Position numbers and translations under genes: made by a program. Shown here piece after piece: positions 1 to 8,053 of a stretch of DNA of 64,000 bases. Each line of letters starts with the position of its first letter. Within the stretch, counting starts at the first letter, position 1. Source of the stretch: Candidatus Bathyarchaeota archaeon (GTDB lineage: Archaea; Thermoproteota; Bathyarchaeia; Bathyarchaeales; Bathycorpusculaceae); NCBI GenBank assembly GCA_963775465.1, contig CAVZIW010000001.1:288001-352000 (forward strand). The letters are read 5' to 3'. The notes beneath the pieces were generated by a model. It searched no databases and was not told where the DNA came from. It saw only the letters and a program-made list of their open reading frames with translations.

Positions 1-124
1 TTTCAAAGCGCCCAGTGCCCGAGAACACACGAAAACTCAACTCTACAGCATAAACGACAATAATAGCTGTTGCGATTACAGCCAACAAAAGCACTATCTT
101 TGTATTCACTAGCGGTTTTCCCAT
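1..124 (-). CDS. 5' part of a secreted/membrane protein, truncated by the window edge
   Basis: Manual translation from ATG at 124: MGKPLVNTKIVLLLAVIATAIIVVYAVELSFRVFSGTGRFE..., basic N-terminus plus hydrophobic helix, open to base 1. Confidence 0.6.
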   Translation of the reverse strand, partial: MGKPLVNTKIVLLLAVIATAIIVVYAVELSFRVFSGTGRFE

Positions 125-255
125 GCTGTTTACTCTTCAGTTTCTTATTTGTTTTTCTGACTTAAACATAAAAATCTGTTTGATTTTGACTTCTCTTAGA
201 AGACAGTTCCGCAAGTTTTATGAAATAGACGGCAATTAACCTCTTTCGATGCAGC

Positions 256-492
256 ATGACTGAACCAGATTTACCGTACATTACACCACCTCCGGAACTT
301 CCTGCTGGAACTAAGGGAGAAATAGATCCCTCACCAGACGTTGCAAACCCACTACCGGCTCATGAACCTCTCGAAGACACCGATACAGACCCTTTGGTTT
401 GTCCAATTTGTGGAAAAACCTTCAAAACCAAAACTGAACTTGATTTACATATAGCAACAAGCCATACTCAAACTAAGAAAACTGATGTATAA
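256..492 (+). CDS. Small C2H2 zinc-finger protein with acidic, Pro-rich N-terminus
   Basis: CPICGKTFKTKTELDLHIATSH fits C-x2-C-x12-H-x4-H. Confidence 0.85.
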   Translation: MTEPDLPYITPPPELPAGTKGEIDPSPDVANPLPAHEPLEDTDTDPLVCPICGKTFKTKTELDLHIATSHTQTKKTDV

Positions 493-652
493 CTAATAGA
501 AAAACTCGATTTTAATGGGTACCTAAAGCAATCTCTTCTGGTTTAACCCTTAAAACTGAACTGACCAGTTGAAACCAAGAACAACCGTTTAGTGTTCGAT
601 GGAATCATCCCAAAAGTTGGAAAATTTGAAGCTTGTTTTTGCGTCATTTACT

Positions 653-787
653 CTAATTAATCTTTTCGGGCTTTCGGCAAGGGCAATAAAAACTGTGATT
701 AGACTGCTTGTGTTTGTAACCTTCATCTGTCAACAAGATTAGATGCCCACAGTTCTTGCACCGAACAGAAACTACACGCTTATTCAT
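653..787 (-). CDS. 44-aa Cys/His micro-protein, putative Zn-binding
   Basis: Manual translation MNKRVVSVRCKNCGHLILLTDEGYKHKQSNHSFYCPCRKPEKIN*; CxxC...H...CxC; below the ORF-track cutoff. Confidence 0.55.
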   Translation of the reverse strand: MNKRVVSVRCKNCGHLILLTDEGYKHKQSNHSFYCPCRKPEKIN

Positions 788-881
788 CTAAAACCATTCT
801 AGAAATTACAGATACGCCTTATTGAAAATTTCTCCAAACTCTAACAGTAATAACATTTCAAAGTTTTACTTATTGCATCAG

Positions 882-1016
882 TTAGTCTATCCATTCTTCT
901 AATTTAAATTTGGATCCACACAAAGAACAGCGATAGGTCACAAGATAAAAACCACTGGTTTCTTTTGACTTTCTAGCTTTCGAGACTTCCTTGAAACATT
1001 TGGGGCAGTTAACCAT
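882..1016 (-). CDS. 44-aa basic Zn-ribbon micro-protein (CPxC...CxxCG)
   Basis: Manual translation MVNCPKCFKEVSKARKSKETSGFYLVTYRCSLCGSKFKLEEWID*; TATA-like TTAATATA about 35 nt upstream on the minus strand. Confidence 0.7.
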   Translation of the reverse strand: MVNCPKCFKEVSKARKSKETSGFYLVTYRCSLCGSKFKLEEWID

Positions 1017-1250
1017 GAAAGTTCATCTCAATTTATTTCTTTCCAGAGCAATATATTAAGAAAATTACTTTTTAGTAATATTGTGCTAAAAAGAATAGGA
1101 TGCTCTAACCATAAATTCAATAAAAAAAGCGCTCCAGCTTCTGCAAAATCTTTGAATTTTACTTATATGGTACATGTGAAAAGTATTTGAGACTCAAATC
1201 ATTTTTAGTAGATATTTTCATTAACATTCCAGCGGGGTTTACAAGAAAAT

Positions 1251-1505
1251 ATGACAGAGAAAAAAACAATACCAGAATGTATGGATCAAGAGGAATTGGT
1301 TTCAGAAAAGGTAGATGAACAAGGCAGGCGATGGGTAAAAAAATATGTTGGTGGGGGTGCTCATTTTGCGAACTGGTTAGAGCAATACATAGAAATCTAT
1401 GGAGAAAAAGATGTGGAGATAGAAGAGGTAGATACAAGTGGTTATAGTTGTTTTGAGATGGGTAAGGAAAAAATGTTTAGAATCTGGGTAAAAGAAAAGA
1501 AATAA
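1251..1505 (+). CDS. Hypothetical small acidic protein
   Basis: 84-aa ORF with natural globular composition (KKYVGGGAHFANWLEQY); no family recognised. Confidence 0.75.
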   Translation: MTEKKTIPECMDQEELVSEKVDEQGRRWVKKYVGGGAHFANWLEQYIEIYGEKDVEIEEVDTSGYSCFEMGKEKMFRIWVKEKK

Positions 1506-1588
1506 TTTCTAAGCGCTAATAGAAGACTGGTTTTCTGAAATATTCCAAGTCTGAAACATGACTTATATAATATTTCTAATAATATTTG

Positions 1589-1672
1589 ATTGGAGAAGGA
1601 CGAGGAGAAAGGAGAGTAACTCCATGCACCAAGGGATGGGAATCTTTCTATCTCTTGTCTCGCTTCTCCAAT
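1589..1672 (+). ncRNA. Candidate hairpin small RNA
   Basis: ATTGGAGAAG (1589-1598) pairs with CTTCTCCAAT (1663-1672); inner arms pair with G-U wobbles; TTATATAA box at ~1563-1570. Confidence 0.4.
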
Positions 1673-2224
1673 ATTCTAAAAAACTCAGTAGATGCCGTTA
1701 ACTCTGCTAATTTGAAAATTTTCTTAAGATCCAATTTTCACATGTTATTATTTGTTTAATGGAATGCTCCGCTCTTACTTTGTTTATCTAGGATTCATAA
1801 GGATTTTATAAGTTATTCATTATACTAAAAAAAGTAAGTTAATCATGAAGAACCAGAAAAAAAGAAATAAAGAAAGACGTCAAAGAATTCTATCTGAATT
1901 TCTCATCTGAGCCATTAGGTTTAAATTTCTTTATTTTGACAACACAACTCAAAATAATCTTGACCAAAAATGTTTTCTGATCCTACTTTATCGATAAAAT
2001 AATAGTGCTGTCAGCCTTGTTTCGGTTTTCTTTTGGGGGGTTAAAGGAAAGATTAGAAATTGACTTTTTACTAGTTGAGGGGGATAAAAGTTAAGATTAG
2101 AATAGCATTTGCAAGTATTTTTTAAAAAAGCAGAAATGGGTTGAGAAATTTCGCCTGGAAATTTCCCTAAACCCATGAAAAAAATATATTGCTATCTAGC
2201 AAATAATTCAAAGGCGTGTGAATT

Positions 2225-2719
2225 ATGAGTCCGAGAGCATCCAAGTTGTATTCGGTACTAATGATTGCTATATTTTTAATTCTTGTATTTCTGGTTACAG
2301 AAAGCAACCAAAACTTTGATGGCGTGCTAGCCAAGCCGTCATTGAGCCTAAGTTACTACAAGAATAATGGTTATGGGTTAGGCAACGATATTAATGGAAT
2401 TTGGACAATTACCGCTTTAGTTTCTCAAAACGTTTCTTACGTCAAATTCTACTTAGATAATCAGCTTCAGCAAAACGATTCATCCTCACCGTTTAGTTGG
2501 AATTTTAACACTGACAACTATACTTTGGGTTTACACACGATTAGTGTAACAGCCTATGATTCTTCGGGCGAAGCTGAAACCGTGTCGGTCCAACGTAACT
2601 TCGTAGGATTTCCATTAGAGCTAGTAATTGGAATAATCGGTCTTGTAGTCGCGATAATTGTAGTTCTTGTCCTTGTGGCAGTGTATCAAATAAGAAAAAA
2701 TAACAAGGAAAACAAATAG
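2225..2719 (+). CDS. Membrane-anchored Ig-like (Big_7-type) domain protein
   Basis: N-terminal hydrophobic segment, VKFYLDN...PFSWNFNT...GLHTISVTAYDSSG Ig motif, C-terminal TM plus basic tail. Confidence 0.85.
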   Translation: MSPRASKLYSVLMIAIFLILVFLVTESNQNFDGVLAKPSLSLSYYKNNGYGLGNDINGIWTITALVSQNVSYVKFYLDNQLQQNDSSSPFSWNFNTDNYTLGLHTISVTAYDSSGEAETVSVQRNFVGFPLELVIGIIGLVVAIIVVLVLVAVYQIRKNNKENK

Positions 2720-2807
2720 AGCATTGACCCTTAATAAAAAGCCCAATCGATGAAATTATATTTTCTAATATACAATAATCATGAAGGTAATAGTTCTCAA
2801 TATCTAT

Positions 2808-3638
2808 TTAACCGAAGAATGTCCTTAGCTGGGCTTGTTTAATCTTGGTTTTGTCCTTAACCTTGTGTTGGTTTGGTGATAGTAAGCCGAGCTTCTCAAG
2901 CAACAGCAAACAGTTTTCAGGAGCATATCCGTGATAGTGGTTGTTGAAATAGCCATAGACTTTTTTAACTTTTTTAGCTGTATCCTGGACTTTTGGTACC
3001 CAAGGCATCAATTCTTCTTCGCTGTATGAATAGTCAAACCATATTTCTTCTCCCCTGCCATGCCACCTAAAATATGCAAAATCTGTTGTTAATTGCACTT
3101 CTGGAGGCAAAAGCGGTTCATCGACAACCGTAAAGGCAACCTCATATTGCTTTAGAAGTTCAAATGTCTTGGTAGCGGGCATCAACCATGTCAAGTTTCT
3201 AAACTCAACCGCATAACGAAACATCGGGTCGAGCATTTGAAAGAATGCTTCAAGATTCTGAGGATTATAAGAGTATTTTGGTGGCAACTGAATCAATAAA
3301 CAGGCAAGTTTGCCTGCTAGCTGCAAGGGACGCATTAAGTCTAAGAAAACCTCTAAATCTGCCTTAACTTCTTTTTTTAGTCCAAGCATATTTTCATGGG
3401 TTATGGTTTTTGGCAGTTTAGCTGCAAACACAAAATCTGAAGGAGAATACTTTAGCCAACCCATGACTGCACTCTTTGATGGATTGCGGTAGAAAGTTGA
3501 GTCTATTTCAGCAGTTTTGAAGACTCTTGAATAAACTCTAAGCTTACTTTCCGAACTCTTCTTCTGGTAGAAAACACCTTCCCATTCCTTGTAGCTCCAA
3601 CCGCATGTGCCAAGAAAAATGTTGTTTTCTTTACTCAA
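2808..3638 (-). CDS. DUF72 (YecE-like) TIM-barrel protein with C-terminal PIP box
   Basis: GTCGWSY, EIDSTFYRNP, KLPKTITHE, LIQLPP, AVEFR, YFRWHGR, YFNNH motifs; ends QAQLRTFFG. Confidence 0.92.
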   Translation of the reverse strand: MSKENNIFLGTCGWSYKEWEGVFYQKKSSESKLRVYSRVFKTAEIDSTFYRNPSKSAVMGWLKYSPSDFVFAAKLPKTITHENMLGLKKEVKADLEVFLDLMRPLQLAGKLACLLIQLPPKYSYNPQNLEAFFQMLDPMFRYAVEFRNLTWLMPATKTFELLKQYEVAFTVVDEPLLPPEVQLTTDFAYFRWHGRGEEIWFDYSYSEEELMPWVPKVQDTAKKVKKVYGYFNNHYHGYAPENCLLLLEKLGLLSPNQHKVKDKTKIKQAQLRTFFG

Positions 3639-4549
3639 AAAACCGACCTCAACTCTTTCATAACCTCATCTAAGCTGGAGTACCTTTTGTCTGGTAGATT
3701 TGCAAGAACTTCTGAAATATGAACTCGCTTATCAGGCGTTAGGTCTATAACTTTCCAACCCTGTTTCGCCTTCAGCTCAGCTTTTGAAATTGGAAAAGTA
3801 ATATCTTCGGATAGGACAGCTTTAGCAGAATCAATCCCTGTATAAGCTGTTACTGGAAGAAAGTTCCCAGTTCCCTTATAGTGTTTGAAGCGTGCAGCAT
3901 CAGAGTTCATTCTCGCTCCATGATAAGATAGAATTACAGTCTTTGAATCTGTATCTTGGGCTTTTCGGTCAATCTCTGCAAGTTCATCATCGCTGAACTG
4001 GTAGATGTTATGTTGACCTTTCCCAAACAACCTTGAATAAGTAACATCCAAATCAAAACTTGGCTTCTGCTTTGAAAGATCAACACAATGAATTATACCA
4101 AAATCCTCCATTAGACCAACGACAGTTTGAGTTATTGGCGCCCGATACTCCCAAACAAGTCTCAACCCGTTTATGTTTAAAGAAGAAAAGAAATCCCGAG
4201 TTTCTTTTTCATTCTTCTGATTTATCAAATATGTGGCAGGTGTTTCTAAAACCAAATAGGGAGAATTAAGAATATCACAATATTGTCTCATTTGGTAAAA
4301 GATTTCGTAAGCCTGACTCGACGGCACAAAACCTATGTTATGGGTCAAGTCCTGGTGGCATCGAACAGAAAAAGTAAAATCGTTAGGCACTGTTTCTCTC
4401 CATCGCTTAACCGTTTGAAAAGACGGATATTGATAGAAAGTATAGTTAACTTCGACAAAGTTGAATAGTTCACTGTAGGCTTTCAGAGATGGTTTATTTG
4501 GAACTTTAAAGTAAGCCCAACCACCCGCGCCAATAAGAAAATCAGGCAA
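3635..4549 (-). CDS. Divergent DUF72 protein with extra C-terminal helical domain (DUF2795-like)
   Basis: IGAGGWAY, FVEVNYTFY, FSVRCHQDLTH; C-terminal FPISKAEL...LANLPDKRYSSLDEV; 4-bp overlap with the downstream DUF72 gene. Confidence 0.85.
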   Translation of the reverse strand: MPDFLIGAGGWAYFKVPNKPSLKAYSELFNFVEVNYTFYQYPSFQTVKRWRETVPNDFTFSVRCHQDLTHNIGFVPSSQAYEIFYQMRQYCDILNSPYLVLETPATYLINQKNEKETRDFFSSLNINGLRLVWEYRAPITQTVVGLMEDFGIIHCVDLSKQKPSFDLDVTYSRLFGKGQHNIYQFSDDELAEIDRKAQDTDSKTVILSYHGARMNSDAARFKHYKGTGNFLPVTAYTGIDSAKAVLSEDITFPISKAELKAKQGWKVIDLTPDKRVHISEVLANLPDKRYSSLDEVMKELRSVF

Positions 4550-4657
4550 ATACGCATTACCAGATTAAACATCTGTATTCTTCGCTTATTAGGCTTAAGA
4601 CTCCCCAAAACAAAAAAACATTCAAGGATAAAGGAAAAAATTTTCGTTCAGATAATT

Positions 4658-4682
4658 ATTAAAAAAAAGGAAAAGGAAAGTA
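4658..4682 (-). terminator. Archaeal oligo-T terminator after the PQQ-like gene
   Basis: Minus strand reads CTTTCCTTTTCCTTTTTTTT shortly after the stop at 4702. Confidence 0.55.
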
Positions 4683-4701
4683 TTGTTATTTGGTCTGTTG
4701 T

Positions 4702-7350
4702 TTATGGTCGTTTCTTCAGCATCAGCAATGCGAGTACCGCAAAGCCTACGATGATTAAGACAACAATGCCTGCGACTGCGGGAACAAAGTAGAGATCAGC
4801 TGGTGATTGTACTGGAGCATTTGTCGGAGCTGCGGTCGGTGCTGGTTCAGTTACGGTGAAGACTGTTTCTTGGTATGATGGCCAGTATCCGTTGGTTCCT
4901 CCGAAAGCAGCGATAAGGTTGTAGGTTCCAGTTATGTCAGGTGTCCAAACAAGGTTGAAGTTGCCCTTTGTATCTGTTGTCGCTGTGCCAATGTCTCGGT
5001 AGTTGCCGTTTGCGTCAACTACGCTTAAGCCGACTTCGACGCCTTGGAAGTTACTGGGTAAAGGTTGCTGCTGGTAAACGTAGCTCATCCATTCGGTCAT
5101 GCTTGTGTCAGAGGAGACTGGAACGCCGTCTGGGAATCTGGCTGCCTGTTCTGTTTGTTTTGTTCCAGCTGAGAGATCTGTGACCGAGCCTTCAATTACA
5201 ACACTGCCGCCTAATGCTGAACTTTTTGGCCCAGCTTGGACGGTTGTGTAACTTGGTCCTCTTCCAAGAGTGTAGATTTGGTGGTCGTAGCTGTTGAAGA
5301 AGTTGGTGTAACCGTCTGCGATGGCATAGCTTTCACCGAAGAATTCACCAGTGGCGCAAGGTAGAGTCCAGATTTCTGTTCCATCGGTTGCGTTGACTGC
5401 GCGTGTCAGTGCTCCTTTGTAGATTGGTGTTTCGAAAGTGTGCTCAGATGTGACTAAGTAGACTACATCATTTCCGATGGCGTTGATGAATGTTGGGTAT
5501 GGTCCTGGTGCTTGGAAGCCGCTGTATGTGTCGTTGCCTGGGACGCCGCCGTTGCCATATGTCCATAGCACGTTTCCTGTTGCCATGTCATAGCAGTATA
5601 ATATGCCTGAGTAGGCACTGCTGTAACATCGACCGTAAGCTACAACGTTTGAAATGGATCCTGGTCCGTTGCTGCCGTAGTAGTCTAGTGCTGCTTGGGG
5701 TTCAGCTACCTTGATGAGTGCCCCTGTCCGCAGGTTCCAGAAGACAAATTGTTGTGTTTCTCTGTAGGATTCACAGAAGTAGCCTGAAGGATCAAGTCCA
5801 GCGTATGAAATCGTGGTTACGCCATTTGCAGGGTTGGAAACGTCCTTACTCCACAATATTGAACCTATCGTTCCTTTTGAAGCGTTGAGGTTAACAGCAA
5901 AGTAGGTATAGCCCGTATAAGTGGATCCTTCTTGTATGTTGGTTAATGATGGGTATGAGCCGCTTCTGCATAGTAGAATGTCCCCGTATATTGCTCCAAG
6001 TATCGACGGTGATGAGCTCATGTCGTTACGCCAGGGTATTGATTGGTTCTGAGTCGTTGGGTTAAGCCAGTCATACATGAAACTACTGCGTGCAGGTATG
6101 TATGTTCCTGAGCTATCCGTAACTGTCATGAGAGTAAGTGCTCCCATAATTGCTTGACTCCAGAATCTACTAGAGTTCCATTGAGAGAGGTACCAGTCTG
6201 GATTTGAATTAGTGCCGTTGTTGTAGAAAACGTATTTTATCATCTCACCCATTGGTCCGATTACGTTTGTTCCAGAGGGAGGAGAAGACACGTTGAATAC
6301 GTTTTCGCCGGTTGCAGCATCGAATACTCTCCCAAAGTTACTTGTGCAGAGAAATGCTGGTCGAACTCCATGGTAGTCTGGGGTATCCATGTCCTGTATG
6401 TAAGCGAAGGATAGTGCGGGAACGTCGGCTCGTCTCCAAATTTCTTGTCCTGTTACTAGGTCAACACAGACTGTTGGTCCAGCGGCACCGCCGAAAAAGC
6501 CAGCAGAGCCAGTCATTGATAATGGTTCTTGGTAGTAGATTCTTCCATTCACTATTATTGGGTTGACATATCGTTGCGAGTATGCTGTTCCTTCAAACCA
6601 TGTGTCTCCCTGAACATTTGCGAGGTTTCCCCCGACGACTCCTCCGATTTGACCGTCTGGCTTAGTCCACATGATGTGCGCTGTCAGTGAACCAATAGCA
6701 TCCGGTGCAAATTGTCGTTGGTTTGGTACGTTACCACCACCGTAGCCTGGCATTCCGCTTCCGAGCCAATTTGAACTGATCGACCACCACATGCTGTTTT
6801 CTCCGAAGATAGGTCGTGTCCAAAACTCAGTTGGAAGAGGACTTAGAGGCAAGAACGAGATAGGTTCTTGCTGCACTGTCAGTGTTGTCGATGCACTGCT
6901 AGCTGCGTATGTGTCGTTCTCGTATTGAGAATTTGGGAGGTATGAATAATCGTTGACTGCTTGTCCTGGGAAGTTGAAGGTGAGGTTGTAGGTGCCTACT
7001 TGGTCGGGTGTGAAGGATGCAAATTGGTTTGACGTTGTGTCCACGACTGTTTCGTAGGTTTGTGTGGTTTGTTTCCCATCTGGTGCCGTAATTTGGAGTT
7101 GATAGTTGTGGAATCTGTAATCGTTGCCAGTGTTTGTGTCAGCGTAGGTTGGTGTTAGAAATATGTAGATGTATGCTGTTTGGCCGACTCCTATCGGGTT
7201 GGTTGCTGCGTATATATGGGCAAACGTCGGTATTTCCCATGGTGGGGTATGACCATCAGTAGATGGCAACTGCAACATTGAAGCGCTTATAGAGACTATC
7301 AATAGTAATACAAATGCAGATACTATTTTATTCAATTTTCTTTCAAACAT
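4702..7350 (-). CDS. Large secreted, C-terminally anchored PQQ-like beta-propeller protein (Bathyarchaeia-type family)
   Basis: Signal peptide; propeller motifs CVDLVTGQEIW, CYDMATGNVLW, AVNATDGTEIW; C-terminal Ig-like region, PT linker, TM and KKRP tail. Confidence 0.88.
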   Translation of the reverse strand: MFERKLNKIVSAFVLLLIVSISASMLQLPSTDGHTPPWEIPTFAHIYAATNPIGVGQTAYIYIFLTPTYADTNTGNDYRFHNYQLQITAPDGKQTTQTYETVVDTTSNQFASFTPDQVGTYNLTFNFPGQAVNDYSYLPNSQYENDTYAASSASTTLTVQQEPISFLPLSPLPTEFWTRPIFGENSMWWSISSNWLGSGMPGYGGGNVPNQRQFAPDAIGSLTAHIMWTKPDGQIGGVVGGNLANVQGDTWFEGTAYSQRYVNPIIVNGRIYYQEPLSMTGSAGFFGGAAGPTVCVDLVTGQEIWRRADVPALSFAYIQDMDTPDYHGVRPAFLCTSNFGRVFDAATGENVFNVSSPPSGTNVIGPMGEMIKYVFYNNGTNSNPDWYLSQWNSSRFWSQAIMGALTLMTVTDSSGTYIPARSSFMYDWLNPTTQNQSIPWRNDMSSSPSILGAIYGDILLCRSGSYPSLTNIQEGSTYTGYTYFAVNLNASKGTIGSILWSKDVSNPANGVTTISYAGLDPSGYFCESYRETQQFVFWNLRTGALIKVAEPQAALDYYGSNGPGSISNVVAYGRCYSSAYSGILYCYDMATGNVLWTYGNGGVPGNDTYSGFQAPGPYPTFINAIGNDVVYLVTSEHTFETPIYKGALTRAVNATDGTEIWTLPCATGEFFGESYAIADGYTNFFNSYDHQIYTLGRGPSYTTVQAGPKSSALGGSVVIEGSVTDLSAGTKQTEQAARFPDGVPVSSDTSMTEWMSYVYQQQPLPSNFQGVEVGLSVVDANGNYRDIGTATTDTKGNFNLVWTPDITGTYNLIAAFGGTNGYWPSYQETVFTVTEPAPTAAPTNAPVQSPADLYFVPAVAGIVVLIIVGFAVLALLMLKKRP

Positions 7351-7374
7351 TTTTTCTTTCTCATTTGTTTTATA

Positions 7375-7438
7375 TTGGGCAAAAAATCCAATTATTGCCC
7401 AACCAAGTAGCTATTTTCATCACTATTAGTATAAATAA
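7375..7438 (-). promoter_or_regulatory. TATA box plus 8-bp inverted repeat upstream of the PQQ-like gene
   Basis: Minus-strand TTATTTATAC at ~7429-7438; TTGGGCAA-N12-TTGCCCAA at 7375-7402. Confidence 0.45.
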
Positions 7439-7611
7439 TTTTTCAATACCACAATTTATTAACTTAATATCATAGCTATATTAGAATATTAAAAAATAAT
7501 TATGACCTAATAAATCGCATCATAAACAACTTTATCAAAAAATGAACTAAACCCAAAACCAGTGGAAAAGCAGTTTCTTTTGCTAACCGGATCTTCGCTT
7601 ATTCAGAAAAA

Positions 7612-7905
7612 CTAAATTAGGCTTGGAAATTCTGCACTATGCTGAATTAGATAAGCAATTGCCCAAACAAATATCACAATATACGCTACCCAAAGCCAAC
7701 TAGTCACTGGACCGTGCGAATCGCGTATTTCGCCTGCAAAGTCATCTGAGTTGTGCTCGGTTTCTTCTACAGTGAACTCATCAGAACTCCTAACCATTAG
7801 CCACATGAGGATAACACCTGCAGCGACGATGCCCAACGTTATGTATGCATAAGTTGGATCAACCATCACAATGAACGCTGTTAACAGAGCAGTATCAAGA
7901 ATCAT
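7612..7905 (-). CDS. Two-TM protein resembling the N-terminal membrane domain of CcoP (FixP_N), without heme domain
   Basis: FAGEIRDSHGPVTSWLWVAYIVIFVWAIAYL resembles the CcoP 'DGIxExdnPlPxWwlxlfyxtivfaxxY' pattern; last gene of the cco operon. Confidence 0.65.
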   Translation of the reverse strand: MILDTALLTAFIVMVDPTYAYITLGIVAAGVILMWLMVRSSDEFTVEETEHNSDDFAGEIRDSHGPVTSWLWVAYIVIFVWAIAYLIQHSAEFPSLI

Positions 7906-8053
7906 ATTCTTCGCTATCCTCCACTAAGGGCAAACGTTTCAAATGTTCATTTTCCTCAAACTGACCTGTCTTTAAAGCCCAAAATACGAAGCCTATCGAT
8001 ACGACTGCCATCAGAATAGAACCTATAATGTAGATCAGTATATCTATATTCAA
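7895..8053 (-). CDS. ccoS: cbb3-type cytochrome oxidase assembly protein CcoS/FixS
   Basis: Manual translation (TTG start overlapping the upstream TGA): MNIDILIYIIGSILMAVVSIGFVFWALKTGQFEENEHLKRLPLVEDSEEYDS*; FxWAxKxGQF signature. Confidence 0.88.
   Translation of the reverse strand: MNIDILIYIIGSILMAVVSIGFVFWALKTGQFEENEHLKRLPLVEDSEEYDS

Noticed and set aside
1159-1437. 92-aa minus-strand ORF
   Set aside because: Antisense to the more protein-like 1251-1505 ORF.
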